DNA of 63,914 nucleotides, the filler included, from Polymyxa betae A26-41 (lineage: Eukaryota > Protista > Endomyxa: Phytomyxea), in NCBI GenBank assembly GCA_003693705.1. It is 5 parts of 5 records of this genome, joined end to end, with 100 filler letters (N's around TTAATTAATTAA, not from the genome) between each part and the next. Parts side by side here need not be neighbours in the genome. Positions count along the whole stretch, not along the records: positions 41,758 to 55,301 come from RBZT01000251.1; positions 55,402 to 60,921 come from RBZT01000627.1; 3 more parts are not named here. One strand, written 5' to 3'. Under the pieces are notes generated by a model, which made no database searches, had not been told where the DNA came from, and worked only from the letters and a program-made list of their open reading frames with translations. The stretch's first letter is position 1. Every line of letters begins with the position of its first letter. This document shows, piece after piece, positions 48,883-59,687 of the stretch. Both the position numbers and the translations under genes were made by a program.

Positions 48883-50290
48883 TTACGACATAACGGCAAA
48901 TAGCAATAACGTTACAAGCCATGGAAGAGCAATCGACGGCCTTATTGACGAATTCGGATGGTTTCCCGGTGCGCAGTAATTCATAAGGAAGGTATAGAGA
49001 GTATCAGGTGTATTGAGCAACAAGCCCGTCATATTGGCTTGTAGACGCATATAGGCGGCCTCGTCACCGAATATCATCGACACGAATGTATCGGGCGCGC
49101 AGTGCCCGAACCGCCTGCGACAGTTACCCATGTCGTAACGATAATAGGCGAAGAAGTCCGTGGCGGAGGTACAGACCGCCCAGCCACTGTATGTTGGCCC
49201 TCCTTCATACCCAGACGAGCTGTTTGTTGTTAAATAGGCGCCGTTCACTTCGATATAATTATCAGTAATGCGGACTTGAGGGTCCGGACATACCAAGTCG
49301 GAAGTGACTTGTGTCCACGGACTTGGAGGATATGAATAGACAGGACCAGACAGGAATGCCGTAGTCTGCCCAAATCTGGTGACTGAGAGAAGACGTCCGG
49401 AGTCCGCATGGTTTTGTGATTGATCATAATTGAAGAGAGAGAGCATAACGATCTGGTCACAATCGAAATTGAATGGATCCGAGTTATTCGGTGACATTGC
49501 TGTCTCCGGAATGATTGTCGTTACATTCGCAGACGGTGCTAACGTTACTGGTGTCAAGCTGGTCTCCTCTGGAATTATTGTGACAGCTGTTGTGGTCGGA
49601 ATGTTGATTCCCATAGCCGATGCAGGCAAATGCGTGGAAGATGGAACAGTAGTCCGTGATACACTCGCCATTGATATTGATGGAGACTCCGTTGCTATTT
49701 GTATGGTGAGATTTGCGCAATCGAACTGGCTCAGCCAATCATACAGCACATCGAGTGACGATATGGCCGCAATTGAGGCGGATTTATAGATGGCCTCGTT
49801 GCTGAACATGATGGCACTGGACGTCATCAACAGATCGCCATCCGAGATTCGAATCGGTAGAAGCTCCAGTACGGCGCCGTCGTACAGGCCCGCGTCAGGT
49901 GCAGGGTCTGACCCCAGTCATACGTGACCGTATCGCCCGGGCAGAGGCGCCGCCCCGAGATCCGCAGGCAGTCGTCGGGGTCGAGCGCGACCTGCGGCTC
50001 GACGCAGAAGGGCTGCGCCAGGGGCGCCGTCAGCCACGAGGCCCGCCGCCCGGCTCGGTCCAGGATCGATTCGAGGCCGCCTGGCGGGTCACGATCAGCT
50101 GCCGCTTTATCGTGGCGTTGCCGTCGTCGGCGGGTCGGAACTGGAACGCGTCCAGTACGACATTCGCGGGGCAGGACAGCGGGAAGGCCGCCGCCGTCGT
50201 ACCCGACCACCGATCTACAACCAGCAATGCTGTTATCAGTAATGCAGCTGCCCGTCGGGAACGCGTTCTTCTTTCTGTATGGATGATATA
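48883..50290 (-). CDS. Probable GPI-anchored surface protein with two homologous Cys-containing domains (two frameshifts)
   Basis: Hydrophobic N-terminus (AAALLITALLVV), two similar domains separated by a Thr/Ser/Pro-rich stalk, C-terminal ...NSSIRPSIALPWLVTLLLFAVMS. Confidence 0.6.
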
Positions 50291-51318
50291 GTGGGAGATT
50301 TTCGGCGCCGTACTGGCCCCACGTTGGCAGGGTCAGTATCCGACCGGGTACGGTTTCGCATTGGTATTTGAAATCTGAAAATTACAAAGGAAAGTCAAGT
50401 GGGATGCCGTACGGAACCGCACCGTATGACGAGATGAAAAACTCAGTGAACATGAAAACCCTAAAACCCTGCTCGAACGCATTGTGCATCTGTGATGAAA
50501 TCCGCGCCTGTGGCCTCGGGCCCGTGAAATCTCCATTCTGTCGTATTGGGAGATTCAGAATCATGTTATTTCATCCGTTCAGCACATGTCATAACCGTCG
50601 TACTGGACCGAGCCAGGTGAACTAACTGCATATCAAGAGCCATGCAACTTTCAATGCCATTTTTCCATACGACGCCATCACTTGGTACTTATCCGTTCAG
50701 GTCTTAATTTTTCTGCTTTTAGAGGCGTTGAAAGCGGGTCGAAATTCGAACCTATGGGTTGATTCTCATTAAAGCCCAGCGCCGAGGATCCCTCTTCGGA
50801 ATCTTTGCTCCGTCAAAACTGCGAGACTGAATCAATCAAAGCCGTGAGAAACCCTAACCCTAATCAGTCCTGTGTCTCATAGATCGCAGGGTCCCTCTGC
50901 TGTGGCGATGAGTGAGCCGCCAGTGCTGCTCCGGATTAAATTTAACGTCCGAAAGCAGCCACATGTTACGGCTGCTTTCAAAAAATCGTTCTAGCCCCGG
51001 CAGGTAAATTAATACGCCAGATGCTGAACAGCTTCAGATCTTTTCAAGATTTTTTTGAAATTTTGTATCGTACAACTTTCGATTGCTCTGTCGGCTACAG
51101 GGTTTCATTTGGAATAGTGAAGATGGATGGCAAAACGCTAATCTTGCATGAATGGGAGCCTGGGAGTGGCAATTCGCATAAAACATTCTCTTGATAAGGT
51201 AATTTCTTTACTATGGGAATTTTTAGCCAATAATGACAGATATTACTATTAATCAATAGTGACATTGTGACCATCTTGAATAACAGCTCTATAGTATTCT
51301 AGACGCAAGTTCCCGCCA

Positions 51319-51510
51319 TCAAGTTCTGTAGTCTTTGCGTAATAGAGCAAAAATGTCTCTCAAGGTCGATTGTCGCAGACCTTTCATTCTATCACGTCGT
51401 TCTTTCTCCAGGAGAGCGCAACGTATGCTATTAGGAAGATCAATCGCTTGTTCGTGAAGGTCGCCTATTAAATGGCATGAAATCTTTATTCGAGCCGTAA
51501 TAACAGCCAC
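51319..51510 (-). mobile_element. Possible pogo-type transposase C-terminal remnant
   Basis: Ends ...EKERRDRMKGLRQSTLRDIF, resembling the (K/R)QxTLxxFF tail of pogo transposases. Confidence 0.3.
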
Positions 51511-52925
51511 ACCAGCTAGTTAGGGTTTAAACTTCTTTGGCATCTTGAGATCTGACGACATTATGGTCGATTCGTTGAACGAAAATGATACCAGGGCGAG
51601 CCCTCCATACGCTGAAGCCAACTTTTGAATTAAACGTTAAAGTGTTTTCGAAGGGCTGCGCTGGGCTCTGAGGCTGCGTTGGGCAAAGAGGCTGCGCAGT
51701 TTCATTCTAAGTGATCTTCCTAACAGCGACATCCTCGCTCTAGAGACACTGACCTTAATGTAATGTCACTATTGGGAGGTAGATACAGAGATATAGAGAG
51801 CAGGCAATCGGGATTGGATTATTCTAGTTCGTGGATTTTTGGTCGACAGGCGGCGCTGTAACCAGAGCGCAAGGTTGATAGTACGCTGGCGTCTGGCCAT
51901 AATATCTATCAGTGCTTCTACTCATTTAGGGAAATCTCTAAACCTGACCCTGAACGTAATCCATCGAGAGCGGATCCTGCCGCCGATTTTCCTATTGCTC
52001 AGTGATGAATTGCAAGGAAGTCGTGATTCACGTTTCAGGAATAGTTTACAAGTTGCTCTACAGCCATGGGTGCATGCTGTGTTTGGGAACACATGATTGG
52101 ATTGGAAAGTAACATAATCGTAACGTTGACTACACATCAGAATATCGCATTCCACTGTGATATCCATTAGCAATACATTGTCCTCCTTCGCTTTTACCTG
52201 CAGAAGAAATCTGTATTCGGAATTTTCAAAGTTATGTCTCAGCCCGAATGTTTGCTGTGAATATGATGGACGACGTCAGCGGATCCTGCCGACTCCTACG
52301 GCCGTACATTCAGCTGCAGCTCGTATGGTATTGGCCTAAAATCTCAAATTGGCTTCCGATGGGTTTCCGGCCGCCGATGGCCAAACCCTAGTCATGTCCG
52401 AAATCCGGGCTTTCGGGCTTATCATTCTGATGGTTCTGGAGGATTGAACCCCACCAAGAGCTGGCCCGGCAAACCGCGATGCTTGATCGTGCTGGCCGCA
52501 AACACATTCGGGCCTCTGTCGCTGCTTCATAAATAGAGGAAATCTTCAGAAAACGCTTTCAGGAAATCGTTGCTCGAAAACGTGATCTGAAAAGTACTCC
52601 CTATCAATAAAGCTGTATTGGTTCATGGTTATTCATACTGTATCTTTGCTTCTTATTGCTTGCTTGTGTCTGATCTGATCGATCTCATTGCTACGAAATC
52701 CGAAGTCAATTCTGGCAAAGTCTCATTCACGGTTTTTTCGCTTGGAAAACGTCTAGGAAATCTTCAAACGGAACGATCACCTGCATCAAACGATGGTGAA
52801 ATCGGAAACAATTTTCAACGAGCCTCAACGTCACTCAAAAACCCAAAAACCCTAATTCCAAGTTTCCCAGCATTCCCTGCGACCAGCTTTCAACTTCCCG
52901 GTCACGACGCTCATGTGCTACAAAT

Positions 52926-53096
52926 CTGCCGCTGAACGTGGGTCGTGCAGGCCCCCGGCTCGATGCTCTTAATAAAGATTCTGTCGTTTATGCGGCTATA
53001 AAGATTAAATTTGCCGCTGAAGAATGGATCGTGCTGGCCCACCGGCGGCTGGATGCTCTTAAATAGAGATTCTGTCGTTTATGCGGTTATTAGATT
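52926..53096. repeat. Imperfect ~85-bp tandem duplication overlapping the stop of the 491-aa ORF
   Basis: TGCCGCTGAA...GATGCTCTTAA...AGATTCTGTCGTTTATGCGG occurs twice. Confidence 0.85.
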
Positions 53097-54554
53097 CCTG
53101 GACCGCGAATATCTGTGTAATTGTTCATCTGGCGGGAACATAAGCAGATCGCCGGACGACGCATCGTCGATCGAATCGAGATCGATTCCTTCCATGGAAC
53201 CTTCCGCGATCAGCGGCAGTTTCGGGCGATAACGCCGCCCGACCAGCATCTCGCAGTCGGCCTGCAGCAGTTCGCCATCGTCGAGACGCGCGGAAAGCCT
53301 TGGACCGCGTGGTACCTGATCGGGCATCGCTTGCAGATCGACCTCGTCGGATTCATCGACCGCATCCGGCTGCGGATGCAGCGCGTTGGAGAGCGGCTTC
53401 TTGAACAACTTCGTGATCTTTCCGAGCGCAGATTTCGTTTTCGACTTTTTCTGGGAAGAGGTCACGCTTTTATCGTCAGAAATTCGACGCACATTGGGCG
53501 ATCGCTGCAATCGTGGCTCGTTCGACGCGATCTTTTCCGTCGGCTTCAAGAGCGATTTCGCCGATTTGATCCAGCCCTTGTTGGGGCGTTGCTCGGGAAC
53601 AGATTCGTTGCGCTGGTCTGGAACAGATTCGTTGCCGACTTCGTCGATTTCGATCGCGGTTTCCCCAGAATGCGAAGCGGACTTTAAGCAGTTCGGAAAC
53701 AATTTCCGCAACCTGTTTCCTCTCTTTTCGGGCTGCCTCGGAATTCTGTCTTCGGCGATATCGCTCTTTTTCGAATGCGATTTCGGTTTCATAAAATTTG
53801 AAATCTTTTTCTTCCAGCCTTTGATGGTTTTAGAGCTCTGCTGCTTTGTCTCGGGAGTATCTTCATCGAGGCTTCGGTTTTCTTCTTTCACGATTTCAGT
53901 CGCAGACTGATCCTCGACGATTTCAGTGGTCATCGGGATTTCACTGATTTCATCTTCAGCGGATTCATCGCGGCTTCGGTCTTCATCTTTAACGATTTCA
54001 TTCGAAAAATGATTCTCGACGATTTCATTGATCGTTGGGTTTTCAATGATATTATCTTCAGTCGATAAACGCCTGCCTGGCAACCTTGAAGATCTTCGCA
54101 ACGAGAGAGATTCGCTTTCATATGATCTATCAGACGACGAATCTGCGCTTTCAATGGGAATGAAATCACGCAGCTTATAATCAGGTCGGCCGTCTTTCAC
54201 TCCAGAAGGGAAGACTTCACGGCCGTCGTACGGGTCCTCGATTTGCTCGTCGTACTGGTCCACGACCTGGTCTGGGATCGGGATGAAATCTCGCAGCTTA
54301 TAGACAGGTCGGTCATCTTTCACGCCGGACGGGAAGACGGCGCGGCCATCGTGTGGGTCCACGACATGCTCGTCGTACGGGTCCACGGCCGGCTCCGGGG
54401 TCGTCGAAATCGGGATGAAATCTCGCAGCTGGTAGTAGGTCTTGACGCCGGTCGGCGTGACGGGGCGGCCGTCGTGCGGGTCGATGAGGACGGTGCGGTC
54501 GGACGCGGCCTCGGTGGTCGTGGCTGCGATTAGAAGGGCGACGAAGGCGATCAT
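53079..54554 (-). CDS. Secreted repeat protein (effector candidate), 491 aa
   Basis: Signal peptide MIAFVALLIAATTTEAA; three DP(H/Y)DGR.V.P.GVK...Y.LRDFIPI repeats; acidic region, then basic region; intronless. Confidence 0.85.
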   Translation of the reverse strand: MIAFVALLIAATTTEAASDRTVLIDPHDGRPVTPTGVKTYYQLRDFIPISTTPEPAVDPYDEHVVDPHDGRAVFPSGVKDDRPVYKLRDFIPIPDQVVDQYDEQIEDPYDGREVFPSGVKDGRPDYKLRDFIPIESADSSSDRSYESESLSLRRSSRLPGRRLSTEDNIIENPTINEIVENHFSNEIVKDEDRSRDESAEDEISEIPMTTEIVEDQSATEIVKEENRSLDEDTPETKQQSSKTIKGWKKKISNFMKPKSHSKKSDIAEDRIPRQPEKRGNRLRKLFPNCLKSASHSGETAIEIDEVGNESVPDQRNESVPEQRPNKGWIKSAKSLLKPTEKIASNEPRLQRSPNVRRISDDKSVTSSQKKSKTKSALGKITKLFKKPLSNALHPQPDAVDESDEVDLQAMPDQVPRGPRLSARLDDGELLQADCEMLVGRRYRPKLPLIAEGSMEGIDLDSIDDASSGDLLMFPPDEQLHRYSRSRNLITA

Positions 54555-55301
54555 ATTGGACTAGAATAAATTAATCGGTCTGGATCCATCCGAGACAGCC
54601 GGAACCCGACCTCGACCCAGATCATCGATTAATCTCGGCCTCGCCTTCGTCAACGATCATTCCCGCAAATGCCGAACTCGAAGTCGATCGCATTGACGTC
54701 TGGCTTCGTTTGGGTGGAATTTGTCAGAGGGAGGCCGCGTTTGGTTCTGTTCACCGAGCGCAGCCCACTCCCTTCCCTGACTGTTTGGTATTTTACACAA
54801 ACTTTTCCGAAATATATTTTCTGAAACTTTCACTTCTTTAGATTTGTGAGGTTGGGGTGGCCACGGGGAAAATCTCGTTCTGTAACTTCCCGATTCGACG
54901 ACAACAAATCTGACAAGATACAAGTCGCAACGAGACGGGATGTCCGTCACGGTGCTTAAAATGTGCCGCGGAGCCTCCTGCCGTCGACACCACTACCACC
55001 ACCACCAAGTCGAACTTAATGGTTACCTCACTACGCCGCCGACAACTGTAGCCCTCTCTGCCTGCACTTCGCAAGCTCCGTTACGTCCGATTGCTTAAAT
55101 TGACGAGTTGAGAGGGCTGCGCTTGGCCGGGCGAGACCTCGATGGGGCCAGCACGTCTCCGGGACTGTTAGAGCTGATCGATCTGTTACAAAATGATACA
55201 TTTATGCCGACATACAGTCGTACTGGTTGAAACTAAACGCCTCTTCTTAACCAGATCGTCGTGTATTAATGATACAGAACTTAGGGTTGATAAACTGTTT
55301 A

Positions 55302-55401
55302 NNNNNNNNNNNNNNNNNNNNNNNNNNNNNNNNNNNNNNNNNNNNTTAATTAATTAANNNNNNNNNNNNNNNNNNNNNNNNNNNNNNNNNNNNNNNNNNN
55401 N
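55302..55401. other. Artificial contig-joining linker
   Basis: N44-TTAATTAATTAA-N44. Confidence 0.98.
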
Positions 55402-55766
55402 ACCCTGGTGCAGATTGGAGGTGTAGCGTGGCCGCCATTCGGAAATGATTCTTTTCGGTAGGATTGCTCTGGCCGACAAAAGCTTCAAGATCTGCCTTCT
55501 TGAGAATGGTCCCGATAAACGTTGATTTCCCAGCAGCAATTCTTCCATGCATGATGATAGTGCCAGAGAACTTTAACGGGAATTCGACAACAGCTGGGCC
55601 TTAGTAATTACGCTGTTCTTGAGACAGCTTCAACAGATTCATAGCGGCCACTATCTGCTTCGGGATCCACGTCCCGTTTCGCATGAATCTTGCCTTTTGT
55701 CGGCAAGAATGCTCCCGGGGCCAAAACATCAGATCCAATAGGAATCGTGCTGCTTATAGGCATCAT
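55402..55766 (-). CDS. 5' part of a P-loop NTPase/kinase-like gene (truncated by contig end)
   Basis: Walker A motif in TIIMHGRIAAGKSTFI. Confidence 0.45.
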
Positions 55767-55989
55767 ACTCAATTCAAAACAAGTTCGTTTTTTCACTGAA
55801 AAAAACGAACCTGTTTTAACAAAAAATCCCTAAATTAAATTGCCAAGATAGCTGAGAATGTTAATCATATCCGACAGCCACTACACAGCAATACGAACCT
55901 GTCCAAGGAGGAGACCCGATACGAGACTCGAGGCGCCACGAAGCATACAAACAACGATTGCGTGTATTGATTCGAGTGGCAAAAACGTA

Positions 55990-58296
55990 TCAGAGGTACG
56001 TCGGAGCCGGATATTCGGCATACATGCGAGATGTGTCAAAACCGAAATAATCGAGACGAGAACCCTGCAGCATCCTCAACATTTTTGTTCCGTTAGCGTT
56101 TTCCAGCAGGCGCTGGTAGCTGCTGTCGTCATAATACCTATCAACTTCGAAACTACCGTCGGAACGCTCGCGCTCATTGATCAGCCTTTGCAGATACTTT
56201 TTCTTCTGGGTCGTCATGCAGGCGTCCGAAATGAGTTTACGCCTGCTCCATCCTTGATCATTGAGAAAACACAGGAAGTAGCTCTTTTCCAGTTCTCCCA
56301 ATCCAGAAAGGACAGAGTCTCGTTTGTGGCGGATAAGACCAAGCAGCGCCCGTAGAAGATCGTCCGCATTGAAGTGCTGAGCGAGATGACAGGCGAGGAA
56401 CAGAAAGTTTTCATTCTCCCACGACAACATCCAGTGCAGAAACGACCGGACGCGGAGCAATTCTGCGGCCAGGTCGGACCGACCCAGATTGACGAGATCG
56501 GGGAACAGGGCCTCCAGGTACAATGGGTTCAAATACAGGGCCGTCCGATGGAACTCTTCGGTGCTCATCTCCTGGTAGAATGTCGGCGCAATGTCGATAG
56601 TGATTCCTGCGCGTGGCAGCAATGCCAGCAGTTCCGGGTTATCGAAAATCACGGCGAAATCGTTCTCATTGACGGAGAAATGCCAACAGATTATGGGAGA
56701 GAAGTGCTCGCGTAGCCTCTGTTCCAGATGGTGGTCCTCGGAATCACAATCCTCACTGGAATCATGCAAATCGCGCAGCTTCTGTTCGTCCTGGGAACCA
56801 CAACCATGACCGGGACCATCCATACTTTCGCAAACATCGCGCATTTGAAGATGTAGATCGCACAGCTGCGCTTTGAGAAAATCGCCCTGGCACTGCTGGA
56901 GACCAAAATCATCCATGGAGCAAACAGCGTGTAGTTTCCGAGATAGATTACGCAACTTCTCTAGCAGAGATTTGTCCTGGTGGTGACCGAGATCGCACAG
57001 ATATCTGCCCATGTGCAGTTTCAGAACGCGCAGCTGCAGTTTCTGAGTGCTGCCGTGGGAATGCGAATCAGCAAGGTATAGGCTTAGCTGCTGTTTCAGA
57101 GCGTCCAGTGGATTGCATTCGTTGTCATCGGAATCAGAATTGGATTCGCCGCCATCCGAATCAGAACTGGATTCGTCGCCATCGGAATCAGAATTGGATT
57201 CGTCGCCATCGGAATCCGGATTGAATTCGTCGCCATTGGAATGATAATTGGATTTGTCGCAGATCGCGCACACTTCATTGGGGAGTTTGCCATCCGATTC
57301 TAGGGCCTGGAGAGACGACTCCAGGTCGGAACCACCAAACAGTTCCAGAAGCTGGCCGTGACAATCGATCTTCCAATGCAAACCATGTCGGAGCATGATC
57401 GTGGCGACCCATTGAAATCCGCAGTCGACCGCAAGAAACTTGACGAAATCCCTGGCGACGTCGCAGGAATCGTAAAAGATACGATGATGTAGCCGCTCAC
57501 AGAGACCAACGCGCTGATCAACCAAGATGCTCTTCTCTAGGAGGTTAACAAGAAACGGCGACAGAAACGGGACGACGGAAGAGGATGAGGAAGAAGGGAA
57601 CGCCGGCCGCCTCATCAGGATCAGCATCGCGTCGCGCGCCGTGGAGATGTCTGTGTATGGGTCCATCAGCTTGTCGATATGGCGCTGCAAACCGAGACAC
57701 TGTTCCGGAATTCGGCTGAAGATCGACCAGTCGTAATGAGGTTTTAGGTAGTCGAGCAGTTGCAGGAACTGGCGACCGCCATGCAAGATCCTCGACAGAC
57801 CATATCCGATCATAGTCGCGGCGACCGATTCAATATTGCAGTCCTTGACGAGGAACTTGACGAAATCGATGGCGACTTCTCTCCATCCATCCATTCCGTA
57901 ACATCCAATGAGACGTTGTAGCCGCCAACAGAGATAGACGAGGTCGTATTCGGACGCCGTGATTCTCGCATTCAGCTGGGACTTCAGCTCGTCAATGATT
58001 TGATACTGTGGCCGCCCCATAATGATCTTCATCGTCTGAATCATAGTTGTGTCATTTGTCGTTGGAGCCAACAGATATCCGATCGGGTCGCTCTCTGGAT
58101 TGTATTCGACCATATCGCGGCAGGTGTTGGGGACCGGGGCCAGCGCCGCAGGCAGCACAGTGACCGCGTCGAGGCCCTGTGCGGGGTCTTGTTCCGTGCC
58201 GGTCTGGGAGTCGGTGATGGGCGGGCCGGACAGCACGGCGTGCGCCAGTCCCCAGGTCAGAGCCAGGAACGAGATAGCAGAGAGTTTCAGCTTCAT
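55990..58296 (-). CDS. Secreted 768-aa protein with a duplicated helical domain and acidic repeat (effector candidate)
   Basis: Signal peptide MKLKLSAISFLALTWGLAHA; two LC.RL...VA.DFVKFL..DC repeats; (DSDGDESNS)n; intronless. Confidence 0.85.
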   Translation of the reverse strand: MKLKLSAISFLALTWGLAHAVLSGPPITDSQTGTEQDPAQGLDAVTVLPAALAPVPNTCRDMVEYNPESDPIGYLLAPTTNDTTMIQTMKIIMGRPQYQIIDELKSQLNARITASEYDLVYLCWRLQRLIGCYGMDGWREVAIDFVKFLVKDCNIESVAATMIGYGLSRILHGGRQFLQLLDYLKPHYDWSIFSRIPEQCLGLQRHIDKLMDPYTDISTARDAMLILMRRPAFPSSSSSSVVPFLSPFLVNLLEKSILVDQRVGLCERLHHRIFYDSCDVARDFVKFLAVDCGFQWVATIMLRHGLHWKIDCHGQLLELFGGSDLESSLQALESDGKLPNEVCAICDKSNYHSNGDEFNPDSDGDESNSDSDGDESSSDSDGGESNSDSDDNECNPLDALKQQLSLYLADSHSHGSTQKLQLRVLKLHMGRYLCDLGHHQDKSLLEKLRNLSRKLHAVCSMDDFGLQQCQGDFLKAQLCDLHLQMRDVCESMDGPGHGCGSQDEQKLRDLHDSSEDCDSEDHHLEQRLREHFSPIICWHFSVNENDFAVIFDNPELLALLPRAGITIDIAPTFYQEMSTEEFHRTALYLNPLYLEALFPDLVNLGRSDLAAELLRVRSFLHWMLSWENENFLFLACHLAQHFNADDLLRALLGLIRHKRDSVLSGLGELEKSYFLCFLNDQGWSRRKLISDACMTTQKKKYLQRLINERERSDGSFEVDRYYDDSSYQRLLENANGTKMLRMLQGSRLDYFGFDTSRMYAEYPAPTYL
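57118..57240. repeat. 27-bp coding minisatellite (DSDGDESNS)
   Basis: About 4.5 units of the GATTCGTCGCCATCGGAATCAGAATTG type. Confidence 0.85.
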
Positions 58297-58748
58297 GGCG
58301 ACAATGAGATCCGACCAGAGCTCGTGCAGATTCCGCCGAGAACTGCGTCACGGCACAGCGGCTGTGTTGCATTAATTCTCAGGATCAATGGATGAGTCAC
58401 GACTGCAATGTCCCTTTCCGGTCATCCCTTTCGGGTCATGCCGACTCTATGCGAATGAAGGCATCTGGGAATCACCCAGGTCTTTTATTTTTTTTTATTC
58501 AGAAATCAAGTTACCGTAGACTCTCTCATAATGAATAGGGTCGGGGGAAGCACCTGGTATTCACTATGCGAGAGATTCTTTATGCAATAAAAAATATGAG
58601 AACGCAAAATATAAATGCGCACTGACGGATTTTGTTCTGCGCGCATTTTTGCTAGGGTTTGGGTCATTTGACCCATGATTCTGGTTCTTCCATTTGCTAG
58701 ACGCCCCACGAGTTCACTCCTTCATTGTCCATCATTTCCAGTATTTCA

Positions 58749-59451
58749 ATGCAGTCTTGTTCCGTCTGTCGTGAGCCGATGTCTAATGCATCGCACAGGT
58801 ATTTTCAGAAACTACCGTGAGCTGGTTTTTGTGAAATTGATATGCAATGAAGATGTCCCGAATGTAATCGCCCAGTGCATCCCTTTTGTGGAAATTCCAT
58901 GGCGACGAAGGTCATTGCCAGCCAGTCTGGTGCGATCGAGATGGAAAATGCGCTCTTGCAGTTGATGACGTGTCTTCTTATGAAGGTTCTGATGTTTCTG
59001 ATGAGCCTGAATCTCCAACGTCGTCCTCTGGGCAACAATTTCATGATAATACGATGAAAGACACACCAATCTCTCCTAAATCCCGGAATCCTGGATCTGA
59101 TATTACTGAAGAAATTCGAAATGAAATTTGGCAGCATCACCAAGAACATCCAAAAATGAAGCAGAAAGATCTTTGTGAATGGACACGAAGTCGCTTCGGG
59201 TTGACATCCTTGACCCAATCGTTGATTTCGCGGATTCTGGCGAAGTTTCGTGCTGAAGCCGCAGGAAATGGCAACCTCACCATGGAGCAAGTTAATCTAA
59301 TCTATTCTGAGTTTCTGAAAAGACCAAAAAACTCTCAAAAGCTTTAGCCAGATGGGCGAAGGACAAGTTCAACCTTTCACGCTTACCTAGCCAATCCACG
59401 ATATCTCGTATTGTCAACAAGAAACGTTGTGCAAATGGTATGGCTGTTTGA
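58749..59451 (+). CDS. PHD-like finger plus two CENP-B/Abp1-type HTH domains (pogo-derived, no transposase core)
   Basis: Spliced: MQSCSVCREPMSNASH-RCPECNRPVHPFCG..GDEGHCQPVWC; ITEEIRNEIW..HPKMKQKDLCEW..LTQSLISRIL; SQKALARWAKDKFNL..PSQSTISRIV. Requires two 1-nt corrections. Confidence 0.65.
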
Positions 59452-59687
59452 AGCAAATTGAAGGCGATGATGGTAGCCCAGTATACAAAAGAATTCATTC
59501 CGAAATATCCAATTGTAACCGGATGTTAGATTGCTGTGAACATGTCAGATCACAATTAACAAAATGTTGGACTGCTTACAGTAAAATGTGAAAGATTTAA
59601 GCACGAATGTGGTGCACATATAAAAATCGAAAGCGTAATAGACAGGAACATTAATTCCACATCTAACAACCAAAAAATCACGGAGAG

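Noticed and set aside
50720-50800. GGTTCGAAT B-box-like sequence as a tRNA
   Set aside because: No acceptor stem or anticodon arm can be folded.
30820-56715. Long plus-strand ORFs opposite HMG, zinc-finger, 491-aa and 768-aa genes
   Set aside because: These are antisense shadows of GC-rich real genes.
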